Of a stretch of DNA of 64,000 nucleotides, positions 48,944-59,323 are shown piece by piece (within the stretch, counting starts at the first letter, position 1; each line of letters begins with the position of its first letter). This DNA comes from an uncultured Candidatus Saccharibacteria bacterium (GTDB lineage: Bacteria > Patescibacteriota > Minisyncoccia > Phycocordibacterales > UBA9973). Below the pieces are notes generated by a model. It was not told the origin of the DNA, did no database searches, and saw only the letters and a list, made by a program, of their open reading frames with translations. A program made the position numbers and the translations under genes. Where the stretch lies: NCBI GenBank assembly GCA_964625065.1, contig CAZUZL010000001.1:40132-104131 (forward strand). The letters run 5' to 3'.

Positions 48944-50485
48944 ATGAACCAAATCACCATAGACCATAATATAATACCAACTTATGTTACACATGTAACA
49001 CAAACCCTTGAAAATGCCGGTTTCGAGGCTTTTCTGGTGGGTGGGTGTGTTCGCGACATGGTCATGGGTAAGGTACCAAAAGACTGGGATATTACTACCA
49101 ATGCATTGCCAGAACAAATCATTCCACTATTTGAAAAAACAGTATATGAGAATACATTTGGAACTGTAGGAGTTTGTGTTCCTCGTGAAACTGAATCTGT
49201 CCACTCTACACTGCCCACTGTTCACTATGACATTCTCGAAGTCACACCGTACCGTAAAGAGGGTAAATATGAGGACTTTAGGCACCCAAATGACGTACGT
49301 TTCACGAATAACATAGAAGAAGACCTAATAAGACGTGACTTTACCATGAACGCCCTGGCATATAGCCTTAGTTCTGCGTATAAAGGACATTCTAACGGAC
49401 AAATAGTGGACATATACGGTGGCATGCAGGATATAAAGGACAAAACTATTCGTGCAGTTGGAAACGCAAATGACAGGTTTAATGAAGACGCTTTACGAAT
49501 GTTGCGCGCTGTGAGGTTTTCCACAGTTTTGGGTTTCACCATATCTGCGGAAACATTTCAAGCTATTGTTGACAATGCACACCTTTTGAAACATATTTCG
49601 CAGGAACGTATTCGTGACGAATTTATTAAAATAATAGAAAGCCCAACACCAGCGCTAGGTGTAGGCTTACTGCAAAAGGCCGGACTATTGCAATATATAG
49701 TGCCTGAACTTATAGAAGGTATCGGCTGTGTACAGGGCGGGGTACATATGTATGACGTTTTTGAACACCTTTTAGCTGCACTGGACCATGCTGCGCAAAA
49801 GGGCTATTCGACAGATATACGCCTTGCTGCGCTTTTCCACGACATAGGCAAGCCACGCACCAGACGCAAAGGTGAAAAGAAAGAATACACATTCTATGGC
49901 CACGAAGTAGTAGGTGCGCGTATGGCAAAGGTAATACTGGAACGCCTACATATGCCAACCAAGTCTGTAGAATACATTACCAACATGGTACGTAGACACA
50001 TGTTTTTCTCTGATACTGAACAAATAACATTATCTGCTGTACGCCGTATAGTAGCCAGTGTCGGTGCCGATCATATATGGGAACTAATGCAAATACGCGA
50101 AGCAGACCGTGCTGGTATGAAGAAAACTGAAGCATCATACCGCCTACGTAAATACCATGCCATGATAGAGGAATGTTTGCGCGACCCTATATCAGTTAGC
50201 CAGCTTAAAATAGATGGTAACTACCTAATGCACGACCTAAACATAAAACCAGGGCCACGCATGGGCTGGATGTTACTAGCACTACTAGAAGAAGTGCTAG
50301 ACGACCCTACTAAAAATACAGTTGAATATCTAAGTAAACGTGTAGGTGAATACGAACAAATGCCCGATGCAGAACTAAAGGCACTAGGCGATAAAGCTAA
50401 GGAAACTAAAGACGAACTGGAAGGGGAAGAAGTAGCAAAGTTGCATGCCAAACATGGTGTGGGAAAGAAAAAACACCTTTCATAA
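48944..50485 (+). CDS. cca: CCA tRNA nucleotidyltransferase with HD domain
   Basis: VGGCVRD..D.DI, RRDFTMNA, EDALRMLRAVRF, ERI..E, HDIGK. Confidence 0.93.
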   Translation: MNQITIDHNIIPTYVTHVTQTLENAGFEAFLVGGCVRDMVMGKVPKDWDITTNALPEQIIPLFEKTVYENTFGTVGVCVPRETESVHSTLPTVHYDILEVTPYRKEGKYEDFRHPNDVRFTNNIEEDLIRRDFTMNALAYSLSSAYKGHSNGQIVDIYGGMQDIKDKTIRAVGNANDRFNEDALRMLRAVRFSTVLGFTISAETFQAIVDNAHLLKHISQERIRDEFIKIIESPTPALGVGLLQKAGLLQYIVPELIEGIGCVQGGVHMYDVFEHLLAALDHAAQKGYSTDIRLAALFHDIGKPRTRRKGEKKEYTFYGHEVVGARMAKVILERLHMPTKSVEYITNMVRRHMFFSDTEQITLSAVRRIVASVGADHIWELMQIREADRAGMKKTEASYRLRKYHAMIEECLRDPISVSQLKIDGNYLMHDLNIKPGPRMGWMLLALLEEVLDDPTKNTVEYLSKRVGEYEQMPDAELKALGDKAKETKDELEGEEVAKLHAKHGVGKKKHLS

Positions 50486-50535
50486 ATAAAAAAACAGCCG
50501 TACAATACGGCTGTTTTGGTTTGGAAATTGGTGTG

Positions 50536-51027
50536 TTATTCATTTATGTCGCCATACTCCAATAAAGATTCGTCGGATCTTTCAAATGGTAGTTCACCTA
50601 GGTGAGGTCGATTTTTGAAAAAATTCAAAGATGTTCCTTTTTCCAGAATTTGATCTGAATAGACCATAACCAAATTTGAAACAAAAGCTTCTTGCTTAAT
50701 TACTATATCATACCCTTTTCTGAAATAGTTTATTTCATTCCTGTCTCGTAATAAAATTATACATTTTTTTATGTGTAATTCACCTACAAGACATATTCTG
50801 GTAGTAGATTCTAATGCCACCAAAAGACCTATTTTCAACTCTCTTTGTCCATAAACCTTTAGTCTACATGTATCAACTGTTAAAAACATAAGCTCATGCA
50901 CCTGCCTTTGTTTAAAAAAATGCAGAAAAGTACTGTAACTATTACTGGCAATCCTGCCGGTAATATTTTGCTCGCCGATCAGATCCACTAACCTAACAAG
51001 CTCTTTTTCGATATTCGTATTTTCCAT
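50536..51027 (-). CDS. Hypothetical protein (ORFan)
   Basis: 163-aa ORF with own TTGACA promoter and terminator. Confidence 0.6.
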   Translation of the reverse strand: MENTNIEKELVRLVDLIGEQNITGRIASNSYSTFLHFFKQRQVHELMFLTVDTCRLKVYGQRELKIGLLVALESTTRICLVGELHIKKCIILLRDRNEINYFRKGYDIVIKQEAFVSNLVMVYSDQILEKGTSLNFFKNRPHLGELPFERSDESLLEYGDINE

Positions 51028-51130
51028 TTGATTAATTTACTTTTTTTATTTACATTACCACCTGTATATACATATGTCAAACAAAAAAACCCAGGTCGTA
51101 CAGACCTGGGTTTCGCAATTTTAGTGCATT

Positions 51131-51589
51131 TTATTTTGCAGGACGGGATGACGCCAAAAACATTTCTTTGGCCGGACCGTCTTCAAGAACATGTTCATGT
51201 GAAAGGGAAAGTAAAATACTATCATTTAATAGTATTCTTTTTTCCGTAGTAATTTCTTTCGAAAAAAGGTAGCGGAAAGTTTCGTGTTCCTTTACATAAA
51301 CTATGGCTCGAATAAGTCTTTTACCAGCTATAACAGGGTGGTGGCCCGAATTATCTATTAATCCGGCGATTACTCCAATTGGAGTAATGTTCACATGGGT
51401 AAGGGAAAGAGACCCTTTATACTTTTGATGCAAATCTTTGGGTTCTTCACCAGTCACAACAAACGATTGACCCCTTACATGTTTTAGTGTTTCAAAAATT
51501 TTGCTGATTTTCTGCATTGCTTCTCTTTGATGCAATGGCAAACCTGATTGCAATACGCGACGAAGGTCGCCAATGTTTTCTTGTTGCAT
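51131..51589 (-). CDS. Hypothetical protein (ORFan)
   Basis: 152-aa ORF with own TTGACA promoter and terminator. Confidence 0.6.
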   Translation of the reverse strand: MQQENIGDLRRVLQSGLPLHQREAMQKISKIFETLKHVRGQSFVVTGEEPKDLHQKYKGSLSLTHVNITPIGVIAGLIDNSGHHPVIAGKRLIRAIVYVKEHETFRYLFSKEITTEKRILLNDSILLSLSHEHVLEDGPAKEMFLASSRPAK

Positions 51590-51686
51590 GGTACTATAGT
51601 TATTAATTTATAAAACATAGTACAGCACTAACTAGGTTTTGTCAACAAAATCACACCAAATAAAATACAAAAAGGAAAGTAAAAAA

Positions 51687-52478
51687 TTAAATATCTAAAT
51701 CAATATAAATAGGGCAGTGGTCGGAACCCATGTAGTCGATCAGTGTTTCAAACTTTTTTATTTTTGGTACCAGTCCAGCTGAAGCAAAAAAATAATCTAT
51801 GCGCCAGCCAACGTTACGGTCGCGGGCTGCGGTTTTCTGGTCCCAGTATGTATATATGTCTGTAACGTTTCCGTGTATGTGTCGAAACATATCTGTATAG
51901 CCATGGCCTACAACCTGGTCTAACCATTCGCGTTCTATGGGCAGGAAACCTGTGTTGTCTGCATTTTCCTTGGGCCGGGCAAGGTCTATTTCAGTGTGCG
52001 CAGTGTTTACGTCGCCACAGAACAGTACCATGCTACCTTTTTTCTGTAGTCCATCTACATATTTTAAATATGTATCATAAAATTTTAGCTTATAGTCTAA
52101 ACGTTCAGGACCACCACCACCGTTAGGGAAGTATGTGTTAATCAGTACAATAGAGTTTGTTTTGGTTTGTATTGTAGTTACGATGTTACGACCCTCTACA
52201 TCAAAAACTTCGTTACCTATACCGTTTACTGGTACTGTAACATCGAAACCGTCTTTGATATAAAAACCAACACCGCTGTAGCCCTTACGTGCACGTGAAG
52301 CAGATACATATAATGTATAGCCGTGTACGTGTTGGTATTCGGCAGGTATTTGTTCAAGTTCAGCCTTTATCTCTTGTAAACAAAGTATGTCGGGCTTGTA
52401 TTTAGTCAGTAATGGATCTAAATTACCTTGTTTTATAGTTGCCCGCAGGCCGTTAGTGTTCCATGAAATTATGCGCAT
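51687..52478 (-). CDS. xth: Exodeoxyribonuclease III / AP endonuclease
   Basis: SWN.NGLRA, LQEIK, GYSGV, GDVN.AH, GWRIDY, GSDHCP. Confidence 0.96.
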   Translation of the reverse strand: MRIISWNTNGLRATIKQGNLDPLLTKYKPDILCLQEIKAELEQIPAEYQHVHGYTLYVSASRARKGYSGVGFYIKDGFDVTVPVNGIGNEVFDVEGRNIVTTIQTKTNSIVLINTYFPNGGGGPERLDYKLKFYDTYLKYVDGLQKKGSMVLFCGDVNTAHTEIDLARPKENADNTGFLPIEREWLDQVVGHGYTDMFRHIHGNVTDIYTYWDQKTAARDRNVGWRIDYFFASAGLVPKIKKFETLIDYMGSDHCPIYIDLDI

Positions 52479-52553
52479 AAAGGTAGTATAAACTACTTTC
52501 CTTTTCCGTGAAACCCAGTAGTAATGACTACATACTACCGGGCATGCTTTTTA

Positions 52554-53483
52554 TTATTTTGATTTTCCGTGGAATTTCTTATGTATATCACGTAGTTGTG
52601 AATCGGTAACGTGTGTATATATCTGTGTTGTGGCTATATTTGCGTGGCCTAGCATCATCTGCACACTGCGTATGTCTGCACCGTTAGACAACAGATCTGT
52701 AGCAAAACTGTGGCGTATAACGTGTGGGGTAACTTTTTTTGATATGCCCGCCATTATGGCATAGTGTTTAATAATACGTTCTATAGAACGTGAAGTTAGT
52801 CGTGTGTTGTTTTTAGCAAGTGAAATAAACATTGGTTCTGACATGTCTCTTCTGTTTTTTATATATGTCTGCACTGCGTCCTTAGCAGTTTCTGATAGGA
52901 AAACCACGCGAACTTTTTCGCCTTTACCACGGATAGAAAATTCGTCTTTAGACAGATCAAGGTCGCGGTTTAGCGAAGCTATTTCTGAAACACGCAGGCC
53001 AGTAGAAAACAGTAGTTCTAACATAGCTCTGTCGCGAAGTAGTTTTGTTTTATCTATACCTTCGGCAGTAGGTAGGTTTATTTCCGGTGCATGTAGTAGT
53101 CTGTTTAGTTCGTCTACTGTTATCAGGTCTAGGTGGCGTTCTTTAAGTTTAGCCAGTTCTATACGGTCTGGTGGTAGGGAAGTTACACCACGCTTCATTA
53201 AATATTTTAAGAAAACACGTATGGCTATCATGTGGTAGTTTTGTGTGTTTTTTTTCAGGGTTGCCGCCACTTGACCCTTAACTTTCATACCAGACTGGCG
53301 GTTTAGATAAAGGCGGAATTCACGCACAACGTCGTCTGTAATGTCAGTAGGGGTTTTAATGTTCGACACTGCAAAAAAGCGTATTAAGTACCTGTCATAG
53401 TTAGCCACAGTTTTTAAACTTTGGCCTTTTTCGATTTCAACATATTCAAGGAACTGCCTTTTACATGTATTAATGTCATCCAT
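52554..53483 (-). CDS. XerC/XerD-family tyrosine recombinase
   Basis: STGLRVSE, GKG.K.R, H.IRHSFAT, LGH..IATTQIY. Confidence 0.95.
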   Translation of the reverse strand: MDDINTCKRQFLEYVEIEKGQSLKTVANYDRYLIRFFAVSNIKTPTDITDDVVREFRLYLNRQSGMKVKGQVAATLKKNTQNYHMIAIRVFLKYLMKRGVTSLPPDRIELAKLKERHLDLITVDELNRLLHAPEINLPTAEGIDKTKLLRDRAMLELLFSTGLRVSEIASLNRDLDLSKDEFSIRGKGEKVRVVFLSETAKDAVQTYIKNRRDMSEPMFISLAKNNTRLTSRSIERIIKHYAIMAGISKKVTPHVIRHSFATDLLSNGADIRSVQMMLGHANIATTQIYTHVTDSQLRDIHKKFHGKSK

Positions 53484-53596
53484 TGCTAAATTATATCACA
53501 ATGTCGCACAATATTACCTTGTGTTTATACAGTTGACAAGTTATACCATATCTGCTATAGTATATTCAGCTAAGTTCTAACTAAAAAAGCTACCAA

Positions 53597-53923
53597 ATGG
53601 TGAAGAATAAAAATAAACAAATAATAAAAAAACTTGTTGCAGTGAAGAATAAACCTAAAAACCCTGAATTTTTTGTTGAAGAAAAGATTGAGGGCATCAG
53701 AGAGGAAATGGGCATGCTACAAGTGTTAATATACGAATTTTCAGAACCAAACGCTGTGAAAACAGAAGAAGTTCATGAAACTGTTAAGTTTTCTGAGGTA
53801 AAAAAGAGTGTAAAATTCACTCGTGAAAGAGAAGTAAATTACGTACATTCAGAAAATGCTTACGTAGCAACAAGTGTTGCTGTACATGATCTAGTAAAAC
53901 AATATAAACCTTGTTTTGACTAA
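53597..53923 (+). CDS. Hypothetical protein
   Basis: 108-aa ORF with TTGACA/TATAGT promoter and terminator. Confidence 0.55.
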   Translation: MVKNKNKQIIKKLVAVKNKPKNPEFFVEEKIEGIREEMGMLQVLIYEFSEPNAVKTEEVHETVKFSEVKKSVKFTREREVNYVHSENAYVATSVAVHDLVKQYKPCFD

Positions 53924-54038
53924 AAATATGGGTGCGGTTTTTTGTGAAAAGTCGAGGAATTCCTCGACTTTTTTTATTGCCTGGGTATTTAGACTGGCCC
54001 TTGCATAATTTGTCAATATATGCTACATTATAAACACT

Positions 54039-54299
54039 ATGTTAACAACAAAGAAAAAGCAGAACGTAATAAAAAAGGTGCAATTGCACGACACAGACAC
54101 AGGGTCTTCTCCTGCACAAATTGCTATTTTATCTGCTAGAATAGACGAACTTTCTGGCCACTTGAAAAAACACAAAAAAGACAACCATTCACGCCGTGGT
54201 TTGATCAAAATGGTAGCTGACAGACGTAGTCACCTTAAATACTTGGAAAAAAACGACAAAGCTCGTTACGACCAAATGATAAAACTTATCAAGGCATAA
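54039..54299 (+). CDS. rpsO: 30S ribosomal protein S15
   Basis: DTGS..QIAIL..RI..L..HL..HKKD.HSRRGL. Confidence 0.98.
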   Translation: MLTTKKKQNVIKKVQLHDTDTGSSPAQIAILSARIDELSGHLKKHKKDNHSRRGLIKMVADRRSHLKYLEKNDKARYDQMIKLIKA

Positions 54300-54355
54300 A
54301 ATAAAAGAACCTCGTTAAAACGAGGTTCTTTTATTTTCTATGGTATAATACACAT

Positions 54356-54862
54356 ATGACAGTAATAAAACAAAAAGAACAACGTGTGGGTATATTTATA
54401 GATGCACAGAACATGTACCACAGCGCTAAAAACCTTTACCACCGCAAAGTAAACTTTGCCGCCATTATGCGTGAAGCGTTGGCTGGCCGTAAACTGGTAC
54501 GCGCCATTGCATATGTTATAACTTCAGATTCAGGTGAAGAAAAAAACTTTTTTGATGCACTTATAAAGTCTGGTATAGAAACTAAAACCAAAGACTTACA
54601 AACTTTCTACGGCGGTGCTAAAAAAGCCGACTGGGACGTGGGTCTAGCAGTAGACGCTATTAAAATGGCACCACGTCTAGATGCAATAGTTATAATTTCA
54701 GGCGACGGAGACTTTGTACCCCTAGTAGAATACTTAAAAACTATGACACAGGTAGAGGCTATGTCTTTTGGTAAATCTACATCTAGTAAACTTATAGAAT
54801 CTGTAGACGACTTTATAGATATGTCTCTAACACCTAAAAAATATTTGATAGGCATGAAGTAG
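54356..54862 (+). CDS. NYN domain protein (LabA/DUF88)
   Basis: FID.QNMY, KADWDVGLAVD, SGDGDF. Confidence 0.92.
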   Translation: MTVIKQKEQRVGIFIDAQNMYHSAKNLYHRKVNFAAIMREALAGRKLVRAIAYVITSDSGEEKNFFDALIKSGIETKTKDLQTFYGGAKKADWDVGLAVDAIKMAPRLDAIVIISGDGDFVPLVEYLKTMTQVEAMSFGKSTSSKLIESVDDFIDMSLTPKKYLIGMK

Positions 54863-54886
54863 TTTATAAAATATAGTTTGTACCTT

Positions 54887-55780
54887 ATGGAAAATGTTCC
54901 ACAAAAACCACAAATACAAAACGAAAACATTCTTGTAGAACAAGGGGCTGTTCATACTTATGAAAAAGATATGGAACAAGCCCTACGTGGGGAACAAAGT
55001 GGTTTAGTTAAAGAAACCATCGAACGTGCCCGCGAAGACCAAAATGCTCGGGGCAGTATAGCCAGAGAAAAAACTAAAAACCAAATTTTAGTTTGGTTAA
55101 GTGTGTTGTTTATATTGGTTAGTCTTGGCAGTATTTACTATTCTTGGACAACACAACAGCAACTATCTATACCGGCCACACCTACTATAGTACCTGTGGT
55201 ATTTTTCAATACAACGACACAGCCAACAGTACTACCCAGTACAACACAAGTTGTTTCAGACATTATAATGCAAGCAAAAAACGAAACCCTTAGTCCAGGC
55301 ACACTACACAGAGTTTTGTTTACTGACACAACTAACACACCTGCATCGAGTATTTTACTATTCCAAAGTTTAGGCTGGCATATAGACGAATTTCTAACAC
55401 ATAGTCTGTCAAGCAGAAGCGAAGTTGGTATTTATACAAACCCTGATGGAACAAAGTCACCATTTGTACTAGGCACAACAGATGGAACTGACGCAGCATA
55501 CCGTGGTCTAGCCACGTGGGAAACTAAGGCCCTAGAAGACACAGCAACATTGTTTGACATACAAACTAAAACCATAAACGACGCATTGTACCAAAAAAGT
55601 TTTGAACAAATAACAATAAAAAACAAAGACGGACGTGCACTATACGACGACCAAAACAAACCCCTAATAATAATCGAGTTCCTTGACAACAACCATTTTA
55701 TTGTGACTAATTCTAAAGACGCCGTCAAAGAAGTCTTAGTCCGCTTGGCCAAAGAACAAAGTAGAAATGTTGCCCAATAA
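54887..55780 (+). CDS. Hypothetical single-TM protein
   Basis: One TM near residues 70-90 and a large extracytoplasmic domain. Confidence 0.75.
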   Translation: MENVPQKPQIQNENILVEQGAVHTYEKDMEQALRGEQSGLVKETIERAREDQNARGSIAREKTKNQILVWLSVLFILVSLGSIYYSWTTQQQLSIPATPTIVPVVFFNTTTQPTVLPSTTQVVSDIIMQAKNETLSPGTLHRVLFTDTTNTPASSILLFQSLGWHIDEFLTHSLSSRSEVGIYTNPDGTKSPFVLGTTDGTDAAYRGLATWETKALEDTATLFDIQTKTINDALYQKSFEQITIKNKDGRALYDDQNKPLIIIEFLDNNHFIVTNSKDAVKEVLVRLAKEQSRNVAQ

Positions 55781-55840
55781 TGCTATTTTTTGGGTAAAAA
55801 CTATTTGCTATTTTTGTGGTTATGCTACAATATACGGAAC

Positions 55841-56215
55841 ATGAAATTAGACACAAACTACAAACAAATACGTGAAGGCCTATCTATCGAAAAAGAAAAG
55901 ATAGAGTCTGAACTAAAAGACATTGCCAGCTACAGTACTGAAACCCGTTCTTGGGAAGCAATGCCTACATCACAAGACGACGGACCAGAATCTGATGCGG
56001 TAGATTTAGCAGACCGCCTAGAAGAATACGAAACACGAAGTGAAATGGTTCGTACACTTGAAAAAAGACTAAACTCTATAAACAGTGCAATAGAAAAAAT
56101 AGACGCAGGTAAAGGTTTCGGTATATGTGAAGTTTGCAGTAAACAAATAGAAGGCGACAGACTTATGGCAAACCCTTCAGCAAAAACATGTAAAGAACAC
56201 ATGAACAACAGATAG
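55841..56215 (+). CDS. TraR/DksA C4-type zinc finger protein
   Basis: Coiled coil with D..D.A, then GICEVC...I...RL.ANP.AKTC..H. Confidence 0.9.
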   Translation: MKLDTNYKQIREGLSIEKEKIESELKDIASYSTETRSWEAMPTSQDDGPESDAVDLADRLEEYETRSEMVRTLEKRLNSINSAIEKIDAGKGFGICEVCSKQIEGDRLMANPSAKTCKEHMNNR

Positions 56216-56335
56216 TCGAATATCAATGGACATCATCCGACATGATTTTTGAGAAAATCAAAAGCGACACATTGGTGTCGCTTTTTATTTATTAAATTTA
56301 TTTGTTATATTTTTTCTACAGGTTATAATATTTAT

Positions 56336-57886
56336 ATGTCATTCGCACGGTTATATAGTGCTCAGATGCAATTACTAAAAGGCCAGCTTGTTACTGTCGA
56401 GGTAGACATATCTCGAGGGTTAAATGCTTTTTCTATTGTTGGTTTACCCGACAAAGCAGTAGAAGAAGCCCGAGATCGCGTTGGCGGTGCATTGAAAAAT
56501 TCTGGATTTCCTTCACCTAAACATACAAATGTAAAAACAATAGTTTCATTAGCGCCAGCAGAACTTAAAAAAGAAGGTGCTTATTTTGATGTAGCCATAG
56601 CACTTGGTTTTCTACTTGCGTCAGACGAAATACGTTTCGACCCCGAGGGCAAAATATTTATCGGTGAACTGTCTTTAAATGGCGACATACAAAATGTGCG
56701 GGGTATTATACCTATAGTCCAAGCCATGCAGAAAAAAGGTATACGTGAAATGTACGTACCGTGGGGCAACAGACGCGAAGCCGCATTAGTACCAGGCATA
56801 ACAATATACGGGGTAAAAACATTCCGTAACTTAGTCGACCACCTAGACGAAAAAATTCGTGTAGAAAAACCCACACAACTTTTTGAACAACCGCAAACAG
56901 AAGTAAGTTACGCAAACACATTTAGTAGTGGTATAGATTTTTCAGATGTCCGCGGGCAGGAAACAGCAAAGCGTGGGCTAGAAATAGCCGCAGCAGGTGG
57001 GCACAACATAGCTATGTATGGCCCACCTGGCACAGGTAAAACAATGTTAGCCCGTGTGTTTGCAACACTACTACCACAAATGGACCTGCCAGACGTATTA
57101 GAAGTTACAGGTATACATTCTGCTGTAGGTGTAAACGAAAACGACATTATTACGGAAGTACCGTTCCGTAGCCCACACCACACAGCCAGTTATGTTTCTA
57201 TGGTCGGCGGTGGGGCAAACCTACGTCCTGGCGAGGTTACGCTGGCACATAAAGGTGTTTTGTTTTTAGACGAATTTCCAGAGTTTGATAAAAAGGTAAT
57301 AGAAGCATTACGCCAACCACTAGAAGACAACGTAGTGTCAGTTTCGCGTGCACGTGGTACTGCCAACTTTCCTTCAAACTTTATTTTAGTAGCAGCCATG
57401 AACCCATGCCCATGTGGCAACCTGGGTAACAAACAAAAACGCTGTATATGTAAACCCAACGACATTGCACGTTACCAACGCAAAATTTCCGGGCCCATTA
57501 TAGACCGCATAGACATATGGGTACAAGTTGCCGATATAGATTATAAAAAACTAGCAGGTGTAGGTACCGGAGAAAAAACAGAGGTTATAAAAACACGTGT
57601 GCAGTCTGCCCGTAACAAACAAAAACAACGTTTTACTAACCACAAGAAAAACATAACAACTAACGCTGAAATGAATGTTAAAGACCTGGCCGTACATGCA
57701 CAACTTGCACCCAAAGTCCGCGACTTGCTAGACCAGTCTGCCGAGAAACTGCAACTCTCCCCCCGGGCATACCACCGTGTTATAAAACTTGCCCGCACCA
57801 TAGCCGACCTAGCCAACGCAAACGAAATAGAAACAACACACATTTTGGAAGCTTTACAATACAGACCGAAACTAGAACAATATTAA
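56336..57886 (+). CDS. comM: ComM/YifB Mg-chelatase-like AAA+ helicase
   Basis: VGLPD.AV.E.R.RV, GPPGTGKTMLA, PFRSPHH, LFLDEFPEF, AMNPCPCG. Confidence 0.95.
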   Translation: MSFARLYSAQMQLLKGQLVTVEVDISRGLNAFSIVGLPDKAVEEARDRVGGALKNSGFPSPKHTNVKTIVSLAPAELKKEGAYFDVAIALGFLLASDEIRFDPEGKIFIGELSLNGDIQNVRGIIPIVQAMQKKGIREMYVPWGNRREAALVPGITIYGVKTFRNLVDHLDEKIRVEKPTQLFEQPQTEVSYANTFSSGIDFSDVRGQETAKRGLEIAAAGGHNIAMYGPPGTGKTMLARVFATLLPQMDLPDVLEVTGIHSAVGVNENDIITEVPFRSPHHTASYVSMVGGGANLRPGEVTLAHKGVLFLDEFPEFDKKVIEALRQPLEDNVVSVSRARGTANFPSNFILVAAMNPCPCGNLGNKQKRCICKPNDIARYQRKISGPIIDRIDIWVQVADIDYKKLAGVGTGEKTEVIKTRVQSARNKQKQRFTNHKKNITTNAEMNVKDLAVHAQLAPKVRDLLDQSAEKLQLSPRAYHRVIKLARTIADLANANEIETTHILEALQYRPKLEQY

Positions 57887-57917
57887 AACCGATTCGGATG
57901 AATCGGTTTTAATATTT

Positions 57918-59168
57918 TTAGTCTTTACTGTTTACGTCACCAGTAGAACCTTTTATTGCAAATGAGTTCTTTGCACCGCGGATTTCAAAGTGTAAATGTG
58001 GTCCTGTCGAGTGTCCTGTAGAACCAACATACGCTATTGTTTGGCCCTTGGTTACAGACTGACCAACTGTAACTATGTTAGATGTGTTGTGTGCGTAAAG
58101 TGTTTGTGTGCCGTTAGGGTGTTTAATAGCTAGATATGTACCATAACCACCACCGTATGTACCACGAGAGTCGGCAATAACTACACCGTCTGCTGCTGCC
58201 ATAACAGGTGTACCTTTAGGTGCAGAAATGTCGATACCATTAAATGCGTGTAGACCCTGAGTAACAATACCACCACGAACAGGGAACATGTAGTAACCAC
58301 TGTATTCTGCTGCATTAAAGCCCCAAGTCTTTTCACCCCGTGCACTGCGCATAACAGCGTCGCCAGATTTTGGACCTGATAGATCAAGTTCGCCGGTAGA
58401 TTTAAGTTTATAGACACCAGTACCTGTGTATTTACCCGTTTGAGATTTAGTAGTAGTACCTTTTGCTGTTTTATTTGCAGGCTGGGCGACTGTTTGTTGT
58501 TCACCGTTAGGTATTATTATAACTGTGCCAGGTTCTACAACAGTGTCTACTGTTATACCGTTAAATAGTTCTATGTCAGAGGTGTCTGCACTATATTTTT
58601 TAGCTATAGACTTTATGGTGTCGCCCTTTTTAAATGTATATCGTAGACCAGTAACAGGTAGTATTGTTAGCATTTGGCCTTCCTTAAGGGTGGGGTTTTG
58701 ACTTAGGTTGTTAGCCCAGATAATGGTGTTTGGTGTAACGTCGTATAGGTTTGCCACTGTTTTAATAGTGTCGCCTTTTTTAACGGTATATAAACTAATC
58801 TGGTCTGTATCTGGAACGTACTGTTCTACATCTAAGGCAGTGCCCATAGGGCCCACATCTGTAGACAAAACACCGTCGTCTGACAACATAGTAGTGTCAA
58901 CATCGTCGCCGCCCAAAACAGTAGAAACAACAGTTGATGGGTCGGGTAAAACTAGGGTTTGAGAGTTTTTGGTTATTTCAACCTTGCCTTGGGCGTCTGC
59001 TATTTTGCCTAGAAAGCTAAAAATACCCGCGTGTACGTAGGTCGGAACAAATATGGTTAGAGTAGCTAAAGCAATAAAAGCTTTAGAAATAAGGATTTTT
59101 TGAACAAAGCGGACCAAAAGGGTGGGGGGTACGGTTTCGCCGGTTGTTTGTTTATTATTAGGTAACAT
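57918..59168 (-). CDS. LysM plus M23 peptidoglycan endopeptidase
   Basis: Two LysM repeats (YTVKKGDT, YTFKKGDT); GIDI, YAH, STGPHLHFE; start uncertain. Confidence 0.92.
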   Translation of the reverse strand: MLPNNKQTTGETVPPTLLVRFVQKILISKAFIALATLTIFVPTYVHAGIFSFLGKIADAQGKVEITKNSQTLVLPDPSTVVSTVLGGDDVDTTMLSDDGVLSTDVGPMGTALDVEQYVPDTDQISLYTVKKGDTIKTVANLYDVTPNTIIWANNLSQNPTLKEGQMLTILPVTGLRYTFKKGDTIKSIAKKYSADTSDIELFNGITVDTVVEPGTVIIIPNGEQQTVAQPANKTAKGTTTKSQTGKYTGTGVYKLKSTGELDLSGPKSGDAVMRSARGEKTWGFNAAEYSGYYMFPVRGGIVTQGLHAFNGIDISAPKGTPVMAAADGVVIADSRGTYGGGYGTYLAIKHPNGTQTLYAHNTSNIVTVGQSVTKGQTIAYVGSTGHSTGPHLHFEIRGAKNSFAIKGSTGDVNSKD

Positions 59169-59323
59169 AACGTAGGCCTAGGCCTTACCTATATAATGGT
59201 AGCACGCTAAAAAACAGAGTCAACAGACAAAAAGTGCAAAAAATGTTGTAATAAACACCTATTTACAAGGGTTTTAAGCCGAAAAACTCTGAGAATCAAG
59301 CTTTTTATGGTATTATTGGACAT

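Noticed and set aside
52554-53483. Prophage or integron integrase
   Set aside because: Looks like housekeeping Xer; no phage genes, no IntI insertion, no attC array seen
53501-53529. dif-like site (ATGTCGCACAA-TATTACC-TTGTGTTTATA) upstream of the Xer recombinase
   Set aside because: 7-bp spacer, poor XerD arm, and close to parS-like sites; at most an operator overlapping the promoter
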